Shown here piece by piece: positions 1 through 9,420 of a DNA stretch of 32,000 nucleotides. Below the pieces are notes generated by a model, which saw only the letters and a list, made by a program, of their open reading frames with translations, had not been told where the DNA came from and ran no database searches. Positions within the stretch are counted from its first letter, which is position 1. Each line of letters starts with the position of its first letter. The translations under genes were made by a program, and so were the position numbers. Source of the DNA: Akkermansia muciniphila ATCC BAA-835 (GTDB taxonomy: Bacteria > Verrucomicrobiota > Verrucomicrobiia > Verrucomicrobiales > Akkermansiaceae); NCBI RefSeq assembly GCF_000020225.1, contig NC_010655.1:360001-392000 (forward strand). The letters run 5' to 3'.

Positions 1-69
1 CTTCTAATGTAAAGGTATTTGCGGACATAGATAGGTTTTCCTATAATCAATGTGAGGTTAACTAAAGCC

Positions 70-705
70 TTACTTCTTCTTGGCGGGGCGAATCACGAGG
101 TAGGAACCGCGCGCGCCGGGCACAGCCCCGGAGATAAGGATGACATTATCTTCCGGACGAACGGCGACAACCTTCAGGTTCTGCACCGTGCGCTTGGCAT
201 TGCCCATCTGTCCGGGCATCTTCTGGTTCTTCCAGACGCGGCCGGGGGTGGAACAACCGCCTACGCCGCCGGTACGGCGGTGCATCATGGAACCGTGGGC
301 GGCGGGAGAGCCGTGGAAGTTGTGGCGGCGCATCGCCCCCTGGAACCCTTTGCCTTTGGAAGTGCCGATCACATCCACCCACTGTCCGGCGGAAAAGAGA
401 TCCACACCGGGATCTTTTGCGCCTTCAGCAGGCAATTCGGATGCTTCTACGCGGAATTCCTTGAGGAGTTTGGTAGGCTGGATGCCCAGTTTCTTGAAGT
501 GGCCGGCCTGAGGCTTGGCCACGCGGCTTTCCTTCTGCGCATCAAAAGCAACCTGGATAGCATTGTAGCCATCCTTGTCTTCTGTTTTAATCTGAGCGAA
601 GGTGTTACCCTTGACGTCAATGACGGTCACGGGAACCATAGCGCCGGATTCCTGGTCAAACAGACGGGTCATACCGACCTTTTTTCCGATAAGTCCTAGA
701 GCCAT
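70..705 (-). CDS. rplC: 50S ribosomal protein L3 (uL3)
   Basis: 211-aa ORF. N-terminus MALGLIGKKVGMTRLFD and the GKGFQGAMRRHNF segment are classic uL3. Lies directly downstream of rpsJ, as in S10 operons. Confidence 0.95.
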   Translation of the reverse strand: MALGLIGKKVGMTRLFDQESGAMVPVTVIDVKGNTFAQIKTEDKDGYNAIQVAFDAQKESRVAKPQAGHFKKLGIQPTKLLKEFRVEASELPAEGAKDPGVDLFSAGQWVDVIGTSKGKGFQGAMRRHNFHGSPAAHGSMMHRRTGGVGGCSTPGRVWKNQKMPGQMGNAKRTVQNLKVVAVRPEDNVILISGAVPGARGSYLVIRPAKKK

Positions 706-750
706 TGTAGTGTGTCTTTCTGTTTTTTAATTACTTATCCGGGTGCCAAA

Positions 751-1059
751 CTAGATGCGGATCGTGATGTCCACCCCGGCCGGAAGATTAAGCTTCTTGA
801 GCTCATCAATCGTGCGCGCAGTCGGGTCGACGATGTCGAGCAGACGCTTGTGGGTGCGGATTTCAAACTGTTCAGCCGATTTTTTGTTGACGTGAACGGA
901 ACGGTTCACAGAAAACTTTTCAATACGGGTCGGCAACGGAATCGGGCCGTGAACTTTGGCTCCGGTGCGCTTGGCGGTTTCAACGATCTCCTGGGAGGAG
1001 CGGTCGATGGCGCGGTAGTCGAATGCGCGGAGTCGAATGCGGATTTTTGGACTTTGCAT
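751..1059 (-). CDS. rpsJ: 30S ribosomal protein S10 (uS10)
   Basis: 102-aa [42 protein letters not shown] is the conserved S10 core. Size and position upstream of rplC fit. Confidence 0.95.
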   Translation of the reverse strand: MQSPKIRIRLRAFDYRAIDRSSQEIVETAKRTGAKVHGPIPLPTRIEKFSVNRSVHVNKKSAEQFEIRTHKRLLDIVDPTARTIDELKKLNLPAGVDITIRI

Positions 1060-1096
1060 GGACGTGCGGTCTATTGGTTATACTTCAAAGGTTTGT

Positions 1097-3244
1097 TTAT
1101 TTAGCCTTCTCGCTGACAATCTGGTCAACGAGGTTCTGGGGCACCTGTTCAAAGTGGGAGGGTTCCATGGAATAGGAAGCACGGCCACTGGAAAGGGTTC
1201 GGATGGCGGTGGAATAACCGAACATTTCGGACAAGGGGACCATAGCTTTCAAAATGCAGGCGTTGGCCTTGTTTTCCATGTTGCTGATCTGGCCGCGGCG
1301 GCGGTTCAGGTCGCCCATGATGTCGCCCTGGTAATCGGTCGGCGTGGAAGCTTCAACGGACATGATGGGTTCCAGCATGATCGGCTTGGCTTTTTTGAAA
1401 GCATCCTTCATGGCGAAGATGGCAGCCATTTTGAAAGCATTTTCATTGGAGTCCACTTCGTGGTAGGAACCGTCCACCACTTCAACGTGCACGTCCACCA
1501 CCGGATAACCGGCGACGACGCCCGTGGTCATGGCTTCATTAAGGCCGGCATAAACGGCGTTCATGTATTCCTTGGGAATGGCGCCGCCTACGATCTTGTT
1601 TTCAATGGTAAGCCCCTTGCCGCGTTCGTTCGGCTTCACATCGATGACCACATGGCCGTACTGGCCGCGGCCACCGGACTGCTTGACCAGTTTGCCGTCG
1701 CCATGGGCAGGGGCAGTAATGGTTTCGCGGTAGGCAATCTGGGGCTTGCCGATATCGGCTTCCACCTTGAATTCACGCATCAGGCGGTCAATAATGATTT
1801 CCAGGTGAAGTTCACCCATGCCGGAAATCAGGGTCTGACCGGTTTCTTCATCAGTCTTCACCCGGAAAGTCGGGTCTTCTTCAGACAGACGGCCCAAGGC
1901 ATTGGACATTTTTTCCTGGTCAGCCTTGGTCTTGGGCTCTACCGCCATGGAAATAACGGTTTCCGGGAAGGTGGGGGGTTCCAGGCAGATATCATTGTCC
2001 GGGCTGGTGATGGTGTCGCCCGTGGTCACGTTGCGCAACCCAACGATGGCGGCAATGTCACCGGAGTACACGGCATCAATATCCGTATGCTGGTCAGCCT
2101 GAATCTGAATGATGCGGCCCACGCGTTCCGTCTTGCGGGTGCGGGGATTGTACACGGTGTCACCTTTCTTGAGAACACCGGAGTACACGCGGATGAACAC
2201 CAGCTTGCCGACGAATTTGTCAGCCCAGAGCTTGAACGCCAGCACCATGGGCTTGGCATCGTCCGTAGCGGTGATTTCGAAGGTCTTTTCCGGATCCAGC
2301 GTGCTTTCCGCGTGGGCGGGAACGGTTTCTACCGGAGAGGGGAGGTAATCCACCACGGCGTCAAGCAGGAACTGGACGCCTTTGTTCTTGAAAGCGGAGC
2401 CACCGGCGACAGGCACAAATTTGTTGGCGATGGTGGCGCGGCGGATAGCTTCCTTGAGCTCTTTGGGCGTGAAGGGTTCTTCCATGAGCACCTTTTCAGC
2501 AAGCTCATCGTCCACGTCAGCCACACGGCTCACGAGTTCATGGTAGGCCAGTTCGGCTTCTTCCTTGAGTTCGGCGGGAATATCCTCAATCGTGTAGGTG
2601 GAGCCCAGGCGGTCGTTGTCGGCGTAAATGACGGCTTTCTGGTTCACCACGTCAATCTGGCCGCGGAGCTGGTCTTCAGCGCCGATGGGGATCAGAATGG
2701 CAGCGGCATTCGCGCCCAGCTTGTTGTGAATATCGTCCAGCACGTTGTTGAAGTTGGCGCCGGTACGGTCCATCTTGTTGACGAAGCACATGCGGGGCAC
2801 GCTGTACTTGGTGGCCTGACGCCACACGGTTTCCGTCTGGGGCTGCACGCCTGCCACGCCGCAGAACACCACGATGGCACCGTCAAGCACGCGGAGGGAA
2901 CGTTCCACTTCGGCAGTGAAGTCAACGTGCCCGGGAGTATCAATAATGTTCAGCTGGAAATTTTCGCCTTCGAACACTTTGCTGATACCTTCATTCTTCA
3001 CCTGCTTCCAGTTGGTGGTAACAGCGGCGGAGGTAATGGTGATACCGCGTTCGCGTTCCTGCTCCATCCAGTCGGTCGTGGTGGAACCGTCGTGGGTTTC
3101 ACCAATCTTGTGAATCATGCCGGTGTAGAAAAGGATACGCTCGGACAACGTGGTTTTGCCGGCGTCAATGTGAGCGGAAATACCGATATTGCGGTAACGC
3201 TCAAGGGGAGCCTTGCGATTGGGATTATTTACGTGATCGGACAT
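1097..3244 (-). CDS. fusA: Translation elongation factor G
   Basis: 715-aa ORF with G1 [10 protein letters not shown]3 DTPGHVDF and G4 NKMD motifs and EF-G domain IV/V-like C-terminus. Follows rpsG as in str operons. Confidence 0.97.
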   Translation of the reverse strand: MSDHVNNPNRKAPLERYRNIGISAHIDAGKTTLSERILFYTGMIHKIGETHDGSTTTDWMEQERERGITITSAAVTTNWKQVKNEGISKVFEGENFQLNIIDTPGHVDFTAEVERSLRVLDGAIVVFCGVAGVQPQTETVWRQATKYSVPRMCFVNKMDRTGANFNNVLDDIHNKLGANAAAILIPIGAEDQLRGQIDVVNQKAVIYADNDRLGSTYTIEDIPAELKEEAELAYHELVSRVADVDDELAEKVLMEEPFTPKELKEAIRRATIANKFVPVAGGSAFKNKGVQFLLDAVVDYLPSPVETVPAHAESTLDPEKTFEITATDDAKPMVLAFKLWADKFVGKLVFIRVYSGVLKKGDTVYNPRTRKTERVGRIIQIQADQHTDIDAVYSGDIAAIVGLRNVTTGDTITSPDNDICLEPPTFPETVISMAVEPKTKADQEKMSNALGRLSEEDPTFRVKTDEETGQTLISGMGELHLEIIIDRLMREFKVEADIGKPQIAYRETITAPAHGDGKLVKQSGGRGQYGHVVIDVKPNERGKGLTIENKIVGGAIPKEYMNAVYAGLNEAMTTGVVAGYPVVDVHVEVVDGSYHEVDSNENAFKMAAIFAMKDAFKKAKPIMLEPIMSVEASTPTDYQGDIMGDLNRRRGQISNMENKANACILKAMVPLSEMFGYSTAIRTLSSGRASYSMEPSHFEQVPQNLVDQIVSEKAK

Positions 3245-3307
3245 AGTGTCTGGAAAGTATCTGTAGTGATCGAAAGTGAATGATTCGGCTGACAGTCGCA
3301 GAAGGAA

Positions 3308-3781
3308 TTACCAGCGGAAATGGGCAAAGGCGCGGTTGGCCTGAGCCATTTTGTGAACGTCGTCGCGCTTGCGAACGGAAGAGCCCTGATTGTTGGCGGC
3401 TTCCTTGATTTCGTTGGCGAGAGCCTTGTGCATCGGCACACCCTTGCGGTTGCGGGCGTAGTTCACAATCCAGCGCATAGCCAGGGATTCGGAACGGGCC
3501 GGATCCACTTCAAGCGGCACCTGGTAAGTAGCGCCACCGACACGGCGGCTCTTTACTTCCACACGGGGTTTGGCATTTTCAATGGCGCGGGTGATTACTT
3601 CCAGAGGATCAATGCTGTCCGTGCCTTCGTTAGCCATGTCAATAGCGGCATAAACAATACGTTCCGCAAGGGAGCGCTTGCCATCCAGCATAACCTTGCT
3701 GATCAGTTTGCCAACAAGAGCGCTGTCGTAACGGGGGTCACGACGTTCGATTTTTCTATAAACGCGTTTACGGCGAGCCAT
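3308..3781 (-). CDS. rpsG: 30S ribosomal protein S7 (uS7)
   Basis: 157-aa ORF with conserved S7 segments LMLDGKRSLAERIVY-like and RRVGGATYQVPLEV. Located between rpsL and fusA. Confidence 0.95.
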   Translation of the reverse strand: MARRKRVYRKIERRDPRYDSALVGKLISKVMLDGKRSLAERIVYAAIDMANEGTDSIDPLEVITRAIENAKPRVEVKSRRVGGATYQVPLEVDPARSESLAMRWIVNYARNRKGVPMHKALANEIKEAANNQGSSVRKRDDVHKMAQANRAFAHFRW

Positions 3782-3807
3782 AATATATAGTAGGTAAGAT
3801 GTTTGGT

Positions 3808-4191
3808 TTACTTGGCAGCAGCCTTCGGACGCTTGGCGCCATACTTGGAGCGGCCCTGGCGACGCTTGTCAACACCGAGGCAGTCAAGAGCGCCGCGGAC
3901 GATATGGTAGCGAACACCCGGCAAGTCTTTCACACGACCGCCACGAACAAGCACGATGGAGTGTTCCTGAAGGTTATGACCTTCGCCGCCAATGTAGGCG
4001 ATCACTTCTTCACCATTGGTAAGACGGACTTTAGCCACTTTACGAAGAGCCGAGTTCGGCTTTTTGGGCGTACGGGTCATCACCTGGAGACAAACACCGC
4101 GGCGTTGCGGGCAGCTATGAAGAGCGCGTGATTTGGACTTCTCTTCCGGAGTAATACGTCCCTTGCGGACGAGCTGATTAATGGTCGGCAT
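3808..4191 (-). CDS. rpsL: 30S ribosomal protein S12 (uS12)
   Basis: 127-aa ORF beginning [12 protein letters not shown], with [19 protein letters not shown] and [14 protein letters not shown], which are textbook S12 motifs. Confidence 0.95.
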   Translation of the reverse strand: MPTINQLVRKGRITPEEKSKSRALHSCPQRRGVCLQVMTRTPKKPNSALRKVAKVRLTNGEEVIAYIGGEGHNLQEHSIVLVRGGRVKDLPGVRYHIVRGALDCLGVDKRRQGRSKYGAKRPKAAAK

Positions 4192-4706
4192 GTTTTCCTG
4201 CTTTGGTTGTGGTTCGTCGGTCTGATCCGATATTCAAGGCGAACATTCCTTTTTATAAGCAGGAAGCGCGCCTTTTTTCCGGAGGCAAACCCGATAGAAA
4301 ACGTATTTCTTGTGCCTTTCGGCACGTTTGGGGACGGCCAATATAACGTGATTTTATATCATGACAAGTCTTTTATTCATCTTTTCCTAAATATTTTATC
4401 CGTTCCATTTTCCCCGCTCCTTTCAAAACTCCATTTCGGGCTCCCGGAGTCCTTTTTCCTCCCCGTCCAGCAGTTCTCCACTTATGGAGGATGAAACAAA
4501 AAATCTTCTTCACAGGCAAAAAAAACATTTCTTCATGTCCGACATGTTACCGCAGAAAAAAATGCATGAAGCGCCGGAGAGGCACAAAAAACAAGCTTTC
4601 CATCAGAATTCACGGAAAATTTTTTCATAAAAACGGCAGCCGGTCTATTATTTATTGTTAACCTGCCTGCTTTCCCATTTTGCCCCGTCCGGAAAGCATG
4701 ACATAG

Positions 4707-4743
4707 AAAAATCCGTTTCCGGAACGCATCCGGAAACGGATTT
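4707..4743 (-). terminator. Rho-independent terminator downstream of gpmI
   Basis: Perfect 15-bp inverted repeat aaatccgtttccgga / tccggaaacggattt (4709-4723 and 4729-4743) with a 5-nt loop. Read on the minus strand it is followed by a U-rich tract (AUUUUUCUAU). Lies 23 nt after the gpmI stop codon. Confidence 0.7.
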
Positions 4744-4765
4744 CATCAATGAACTCAGCAGCCCG

Positions 4766-6310
4766 CTATTTCCCAGGCGTCACCAGGGAATGTCCGGACA
4801 TTTCGGCAGGCTGTTTCAGCCCCATCAGGCTCAGCAGCGTGGGAGCGACATCCGCCAGAATGCCATCGGAGAGAGTTACCTGATCCTTGTCGTCCGCCAC
4901 GTAAATGAGATCCACAAGGTTGGTCGTGTGGGCTGTATTCGGAGAACCATCCTCATTGCGCATGTGTTCGGCATTGCCATGATCCGCCGTAATAAGCAGC
5001 TTGCCGCCAAGTTCCAACACCTTCTTCACACATTTTTCCAAGGCGCTGTCCACTGCTTCGCAGGCGGCGATGCCGGCTTCCACAAATCCGGTATGGCCAA
5101 CCATGTCCCCATTGGCGAAATTCATGATTACCACATCATACTTGTTCACAGCGTCCACAAATTTATCCGCCACTTCTGCCGCGCTCATCTGGGGCTTCAG
5201 GTCATAAGTAGCCACTTCCCGGGGGGAAGGAACAAGGATGCGGTCTTCTCCGGGGAACTGGGTCTCCACACCTCCGTTAAAGAAGAAAGTAACGTGGGCG
5301 TACTTTTCCGTTTCCGCTATGCGGAGCTGGGTTTTCCCGGCTTCCGACACAATCTGCCCGAAAATATTGTTCAGCTGTTCCTGTTCAAAAACAATGGGAG
5401 AGGGATACTTGGCATCGTATTCCGTCAACGTCACATAGTGCACTTTGGGCGTTACTTCACGGTCAAATCCGTCAAATTCGGGGTAAAGGAAAGCGTCGCT
5501 CATCTGCCGGGCGCGGTCCGCACGGAAATTAAAGAAGAACACCACATCGTTATCCCTCACGCGCTGTTCGTTGCCATAGGCAAAAATGCCGGGCTTCAGG
5601 AACTCATCCGTCTCCCCCTTCGCATAACACTGCTCCACATATTCGGCAGGGGAGCAGGAGCACTGTTCGCCGCGCCCCAGAACGATGGCATCCCATGCCA
5701 GCTTGTTGCGGTCCCAGCGCTTATCCCGGTCCATCGCATAGAAACGGCCGACAACCGTGGCAATTTTGGCGCCGTACGGCCTGACGGCTTCCTCCAGCTG
5801 GCGAATAAAGCCGACCCCACTGGTTGGCGAGCAGTCACGTCCATCCGTAATGGCATGGATGCAAATATCGCGGACACCCGCTTCATAAGCATATTTGACG
5901 ATGCCGATCAAATGGTTGATATGGCTGTGCACGCCGCCGTCACTCACCAGGCCAAGCAGGTGCAGACGGGAAGAAGCGGCCTGGGAAAAAGCGGTCTTCA
6001 GCACGGCGTTTTCCCCCATGGACCCATCTTTGATGGCATTATCCACCCGGCAGAGGTCCTGAAAGACAACGCGGCCCGCACCCAGGTTCAAGTGTCCTAC
6101 TTCGGAATTACCCATCTGGCCGTCCGGAAGGCCCACGTCCTCCCCGGAAGCGCCCAGCAGGCTGTGGGGATAGTTGGCAAGGAGGTAATCAGTAAAGGGG
6201 GTATCAGCCAGAACAGTGGCGTCACCGTACTCTTTCGCGACATCAGGCCCCAACGGATTGCGGCCCCAGCCGTCGCGAATAACAAGAACGACAGGCTTTT
6301 TAGAAGACAT
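4766..6310 (-). CDS. gpmI: 2,3-bisphosphoglycerate-independent phosphoglycerate mutase
   Basis: 514-aa ORF. VVLVIRDGWG N-terminus, MGNSEVGHLNLGAGR, GLVSDGGVHSH and ITADHGNAE motifs are typical of iPGM (alkaline-phosphatase superfamily). Confidence 0.93.
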   Translation of the reverse strand: MSSKKPVVLVIRDGWGRNPLGPDVAKEYGDATVLADTPFTDYLLANYPHSLLGASGEDVGLPDGQMGNSEVGHLNLGAGRVVFQDLCRVDNAIKDGSMGENAVLKTAFSQAASSRLHLLGLVSDGGVHSHINHLIGIVKYAYEAGVRDICIHAITDGRDCSPTSGVGFIRQLEEAVRPYGAKIATVVGRFYAMDRDKRWDRNKLAWDAIVLGRGEQCSCSPAEYVEQCYAKGETDEFLKPGIFAYGNEQRVRDNDVVFFFNFRADRARQMSDAFLYPEFDGFDREVTPKVHYVTLTEYDAKYPSPIVFEQEQLNNIFGQIVSEAGKTQLRIAETEKYAHVTFFFNGGVETQFPGEDRILVPSPREVATYDLKPQMSAAEVADKFVDAVNKYDVVIMNFANGDMVGHTGFVEAGIAACEAVDSALEKCVKKVLELGGKLLITADHGNAEHMRNEDGSPNTAHTTNLVDLIYVADDKDQVTLSDGILADVAPTLLSLMGLKQPAEMSGHSLVTPGK

Positions 6311-6315
6311 AGGCT

Positions 6316-6747
6316 TTATTTACAGGCATCCCCTCCTTTTGAAAAGCCTGAAATCAGGCATTCCCTCTCCGATTCCGGAATTGCCTGAGGTTTGCCGCCC
6401 TTCCCCACACGGACGACTACATATCTTCCCCTCATCACCGGACGCTCGGAATGAAATACAGCAAATTTCCATTCCAGAGAACTGGTTCCCACCGTTCCCA
6501 GGCTTAATTCTATGCTCAGCCAATCTCCCAGCCCCGCAGAGCTGGAGTAATCCGCCTCCACATGCACGCGGGGCCAGCCGCAGTCTGGGGAAAGAACCTC
6601 CACCCCCCGGGAACGCAGGTACTCGTGCTCCACTTCTTCCACCAAACAAAGCAGCCGGGAGAAATGGGCCACCCCGGAAGCATCCGTATCATGAAAAGCT
6701 ACCTGGCGCGTTCTGACAAAGGGCATGCAGGGAAAATCTTCAGGCAT
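6316..6747 (-). CDS. Acyl-CoA thioesterase, hotdog fold (4HBT/YbgC-like)
   Basis: ORF contains VAFHDTDASGVAHFSRLL, the (Y/F)xDTDxxGxVxH hotdog-thioesterase N-terminal signature. The open frame extends to 6801. Starts at 6747 (MPEDF) or 6726 (MPFVRTRQ) fit family length better, so the start is uncertain. Only 5 nt separate it from gpmI. Confidence 0.7.
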   Translation of the reverse strand: MPEDFPCMPFVRTRQVAFHDTDASGVAHFSRLLCLVEEVEHEYLRSRGVEVLSPDCGWPRVHVEADYSSSAGLGDWLSIELSLGTVGTSSLEWKFAVFHSERPVMRGRYVVVRVGKGGKPQAIPESERECLISGFSKGGDACK

Positions 6748-6803
6748 GCCGTCATCCTGCCTCCTCCCCCGGAACCATGTCCAGCCGCAAATGCGCGACA
6801 ATG

Positions 6804-6828
6804 TGTCACATCAGCTTGATTTGTGACA
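6804..6828. promoter_or_regulatory. Inverted repeat TGTCACA-N11-TGTGACA in the divergent thioesterase/histidine-kinase intergenic region
   Basis: 7-bp perfect arms at 6804-6810 and 6822-6828, followed by an AT-rich tttatatatataag box upstream of the kinase start at 6881. Operator-like, but no known regulator is assigned. Confidence 0.2.
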
Positions 6829-6880
6829 TGCCGCTCTTTATATATATAAGAGCAAGCCGCACGGCAACGGACCCGCCGCC

Positions 6881-8032
6881 ATGAAAAAAGACACCATTGA
6901 CAAGCTGATCGGCCGCATTGACCACATCAAGGAGGAGGATCTCCAGCGCTTTTTTGTCAAGCTGGCGGAACAGCAGGGTTTTTTCCAGCAGGTATTTGAA
7001 GCCATTCAGGAAGGCCTGATCCTGCTGGATAACAAGGGAAAAATTCTGTTCGTCAACAAGGCTGCCCTTAAACTCTTTGACAAGGAACGCGGGCAAATAA
7101 CCCCGGATGACTTCTGTATTTTCCTGGGCAGGGACTGCTCATGGGACACGATCCAGCAGAGCCAGACCGCCGTCTCCCGGGACACGGAAATCTTTTACCC
7201 GGAACACAGATTCCTGAACATTTTCATTTCCCCCATCGGCAGCAAAAACCAGGGCCACCTGGTCCTGATACGGGATGAAACGCCCCGGCATAAAAAAAAC
7301 GCGGAAAACCTTGAGGCAGAACGCCTGAATGCCTTGACGCTGCTGGCCGCAGGAGTGGCTCATGAAATAGGCAACCCCCTCAATTCCATAGGCCTCCATC
7401 TCCAGCTCCTTGCCAGGAAGGCAAAGCAGCTGCCTCCAAAGTACCGGACGGACATGGAGGAATTGCTGAAAACAGCGGAGAGCGAAACCACGCGGCTGGA
7501 CGTTATCCTGAAGCAATTCCTCCAGGCCATCCGCCCCACCAGGCCCATCCGGGAACCCTACAACATTGAAACCATCCTCATGGAAGTGCTGAAACTGCTG
7601 GAACCGGAAATCCAGCAGCGCGGCATCCAAATCAACACGGACCTCCAGCCCAGTCTTCCCATCCTCAGCCTGGACCCCGTCCAAATCAAACAGGTCTTTT
7701 ACAACCTGATCAAGAATGCCTACCAGTCCATCCCTCCGGAGGGAGGCACCATTCTGCTCAAAAGCGGTTATACGGATGACAGCGTATTCGTCACTGTGGC
7801 GGATACCGGCTGCGGTATTTCACCGGAGGTCATGGGCAGCATTTATGAACCTTTCCTGACCACCAAGTCCACCGGCTCCGGACTGGGGCTGCTTATCGTT
7901 CGCCGCATCGTGAAGGAGCACGGCGGGTCCATCACGCTGGCCAGCCAGCCGGGTCAGGGAACCACCATCACGGTCTTCCTGCCGCGCGTGGAACGCACCA
8001 TCAGGCTCCTGCCATCCTCCATTCCCTCATGA
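6881..8032 (+). CDS. Cytoplasmic PAS-domain sensor histidine kinase (NtrB/AtoS-like)
   Basis: 383 aa with no obvious TM segment. PAS-like N-terminus (GLILLDNKGKILFVNKAA), H-box AAGVAHEIGNPLNSI, N-box NLIKNAYQS and G-boxes DTGCGI / GSGLGL. The stop overlaps the regulator start (ATGA at 8029-8032). Confidence 0.85.
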   Translation: MKKDTIDKLIGRIDHIKEEDLQRFFVKLAEQQGFFQQVFEAIQEGLILLDNKGKILFVNKAALKLFDKERGQITPDDFCIFLGRDCSWDTIQQSQTAVSRDTEIFYPEHRFLNIFISPIGSKNQGHLVLIRDETPRHKKNAENLEAERLNALTLLAAGVAHEIGNPLNSIGLHLQLLARKAKQLPPKYRTDMEELLKTAESETTRLDVILKQFLQAIRPTRPIREPYNIETILMEVLKLLEPEIQQRGIQINTDLQPSLPILSLDPVQIKQVFYNLIKNAYQSIPPEGGTILLKSGYTDDSVFVTVADTGCGISPEVMGSIYEPFLTTKSTGSGLGLLIVRRIVKEHGGSITLASQPGQGTTITVFLPRVERTIRLLPSSIPS

Positions 8033-9420
8033 AGATGCCTGTTCTGCTGATTGTAGATGATGAAAAACCCACGCGCGACGCTCTGCGCATGGGTTTTCAG
8101 GATGATTATGAAGTGTACACCGCCGCCAATCTCTCCCAGGCTTCCGCCCTCCTGCAGGAAGAATCTCCGGACCTGGTTCTGACGGATCTGAGACTGGGCG
8201 GGGAAAGCGGCATGGACGTGCTGAAAGCCGCTGCCTCCCTGCCCCACCCTCCGCAAAGCATCATGATGACTGCCTACGGCTCCGTGGATGCCGCCGTAGC
8301 AGCTATGAAAGAGGGAGCGTACGACTTCGTCACCAAACCTCTGAATCTGGACGCCGTGGAGCTGGTGCTCAAACGGGCGCTCCATACCCGGAACCTGGAA
8401 ACGGCCAACCAGGAACTCACCACCCGCATCCAGGCGGACTCCGGACTGCAAAAACTCCTGGGCAGATCCGCCGCCATGGAACACGTATTCTCCATTATTC
8501 GTCAGGTGGCCCCCAGCAAAACGACTGTGCTGATTGAGGGGGAAAGCGGCACCGGGAAAGAACTCGTAGCCCAGGCCATCCATTCCCTTTCCGGAAGGCC
8601 GGAAAATAAATTCGTGGCCGTCAACTGTGCGGCCCTTTCCCCCCAATTATTGGAAAGCGAGTTGTTCGGCCATGAAAAAGGCTCCTTCACCGGAGCCGGA
8701 CAACGCCGCATCGGCCGCTTTGAGCAGGCGGACGGCGGCACCATCTTTCTGGATGAAATCGGGGAAATAGACGCCGGAACACAAGTCCGGCTGCTGCGGG
8801 TGCTGTCTGAACGGACCATTGAACGCGTAGGGTCCAATGCATCCATTCCCGTCAATGTGCGCGTTATCGCGGCCACCAACAAATCATTGAAAAAGCTCGT
8901 GCAGGAAGGAAAATTCCGGGAAGACCTCTACTTCCGCCTCAATGTGGTGCATATCCAGATGCCCCCCCTCCGGGACCGCCGTGAAGACATCCCCCTGCTT
9001 GCCACCGCCTTTCTGAAGGAATTCGCCAGGGAAAACAACAAGGAATTCAAGCCCCTCTCCCGGGACGCCCTTGAAGCCGCCCGGAATTACCAGTGGCCGG
9101 GAAACGTTCGTGAACTCCGCACGGCCATGGAACATGGCGTCGTCATGAGCAATTCCGCCAGCATAGGCCTCCATCATCTTCCCCCGCAACTGCAGGATAC
9201 TTCTCCGGAAGCCGCTCCACAGGAACGGCCGGAGGACAATGCACCCAACACGCAGAATGGGCTTGTCCCGGCCGGGGTTTTGAATTTATCCTTGCTGGAA
9301 CGGAATGCCATCCAACAAGCGCTGGCCCAGTCAAACGGCAATAAAACGGCAGCAGCCCACCTGCTGGGCATCAGCCGGCGCACTCTTCAACGCAAACTAC
9401 AAGACATCCTCCATTCATGA
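8029..9420 (+). CDS. Sigma-54-dependent response regulator (NtrC family)
   Basis: 463 aa. Receiver domain (LLIVDDE ... DLVLTDLRL). AAA+ sigma-54 activator core with Walker A GESGTGKE, the GSFTGA (GAFTGA-type) loop and Walker B IFLDEIGE. C-terminal Fis-type HTH (NKTAAAHLLGISRRTLQRKL). Confidence 0.9.
   Translation: MKMPVLLIVDDEKPTRDALRMGFQDDYEVYTAANLSQASALLQEESPDLVLTDLRLGGESGMDVLKAAASLPHPPQSIMMTAYGSVDAAVAAMKEGAYDFVTKPLNLDAVELVLKRALHTRNLETANQELTTRIQADSGLQKLLGRSAAMEHVFSIIRQVAPSKTTVLIEGESGTGKELVAQAIHSLSGRPENKFVAVNCAALSPQLLESELFGHEKGSFTGAGQRRIGRFEQADGGTIFLDEIGEIDAGTQVRLLRVLSERTIERVGSNASIPVNVRVIAATNKSLKKLVQEGKFREDLYFRLNVVHIQMPPLRDRREDIPLLATAFLKEFARENNKEFKPLSRDALEAARNYQWPGNVRELRTAMEHGVVMSNSASIGLHHLPPQLQDTSPEAAPQERPEDNAPNTQNGLVPAGVLNLSLLERNAIQQALAQSNGNKTAAAHLLGISRRTLQRKLQDILHS

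Noticed and set aside
1060-1096. No tuf gene between fusA and rpsJ
   Set aside because: Only 37 nt separate fusA from rpsJ. Placement of tuf elsewhere is common in several phyla, so this is probably lineage-typical rather than noteworthy.
1037-3283. 748-aa plus-strand ORF spanning the whole fusA locus
   Set aside because: It is antisense to an unmistakable EF-G gene. The translation is low-complexity (G/H/V/A-rich) with no motifs. This is a typical shadow ORF of high-GC coding DNA.
4655-6388. 577-aa plus-strand ORF opposite gpmI, and similar long antisense ORFs at 52-699, 7954-8646, 12605-13240, 14799-15566, 15846-16514, 16533-17168 and 17601-18413
   Set aside because: Each one overlaps a confidently identified gene on the other strand and has no recognisable domain. 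These are stop-codon-poor antisense frames of GC-rich genes.
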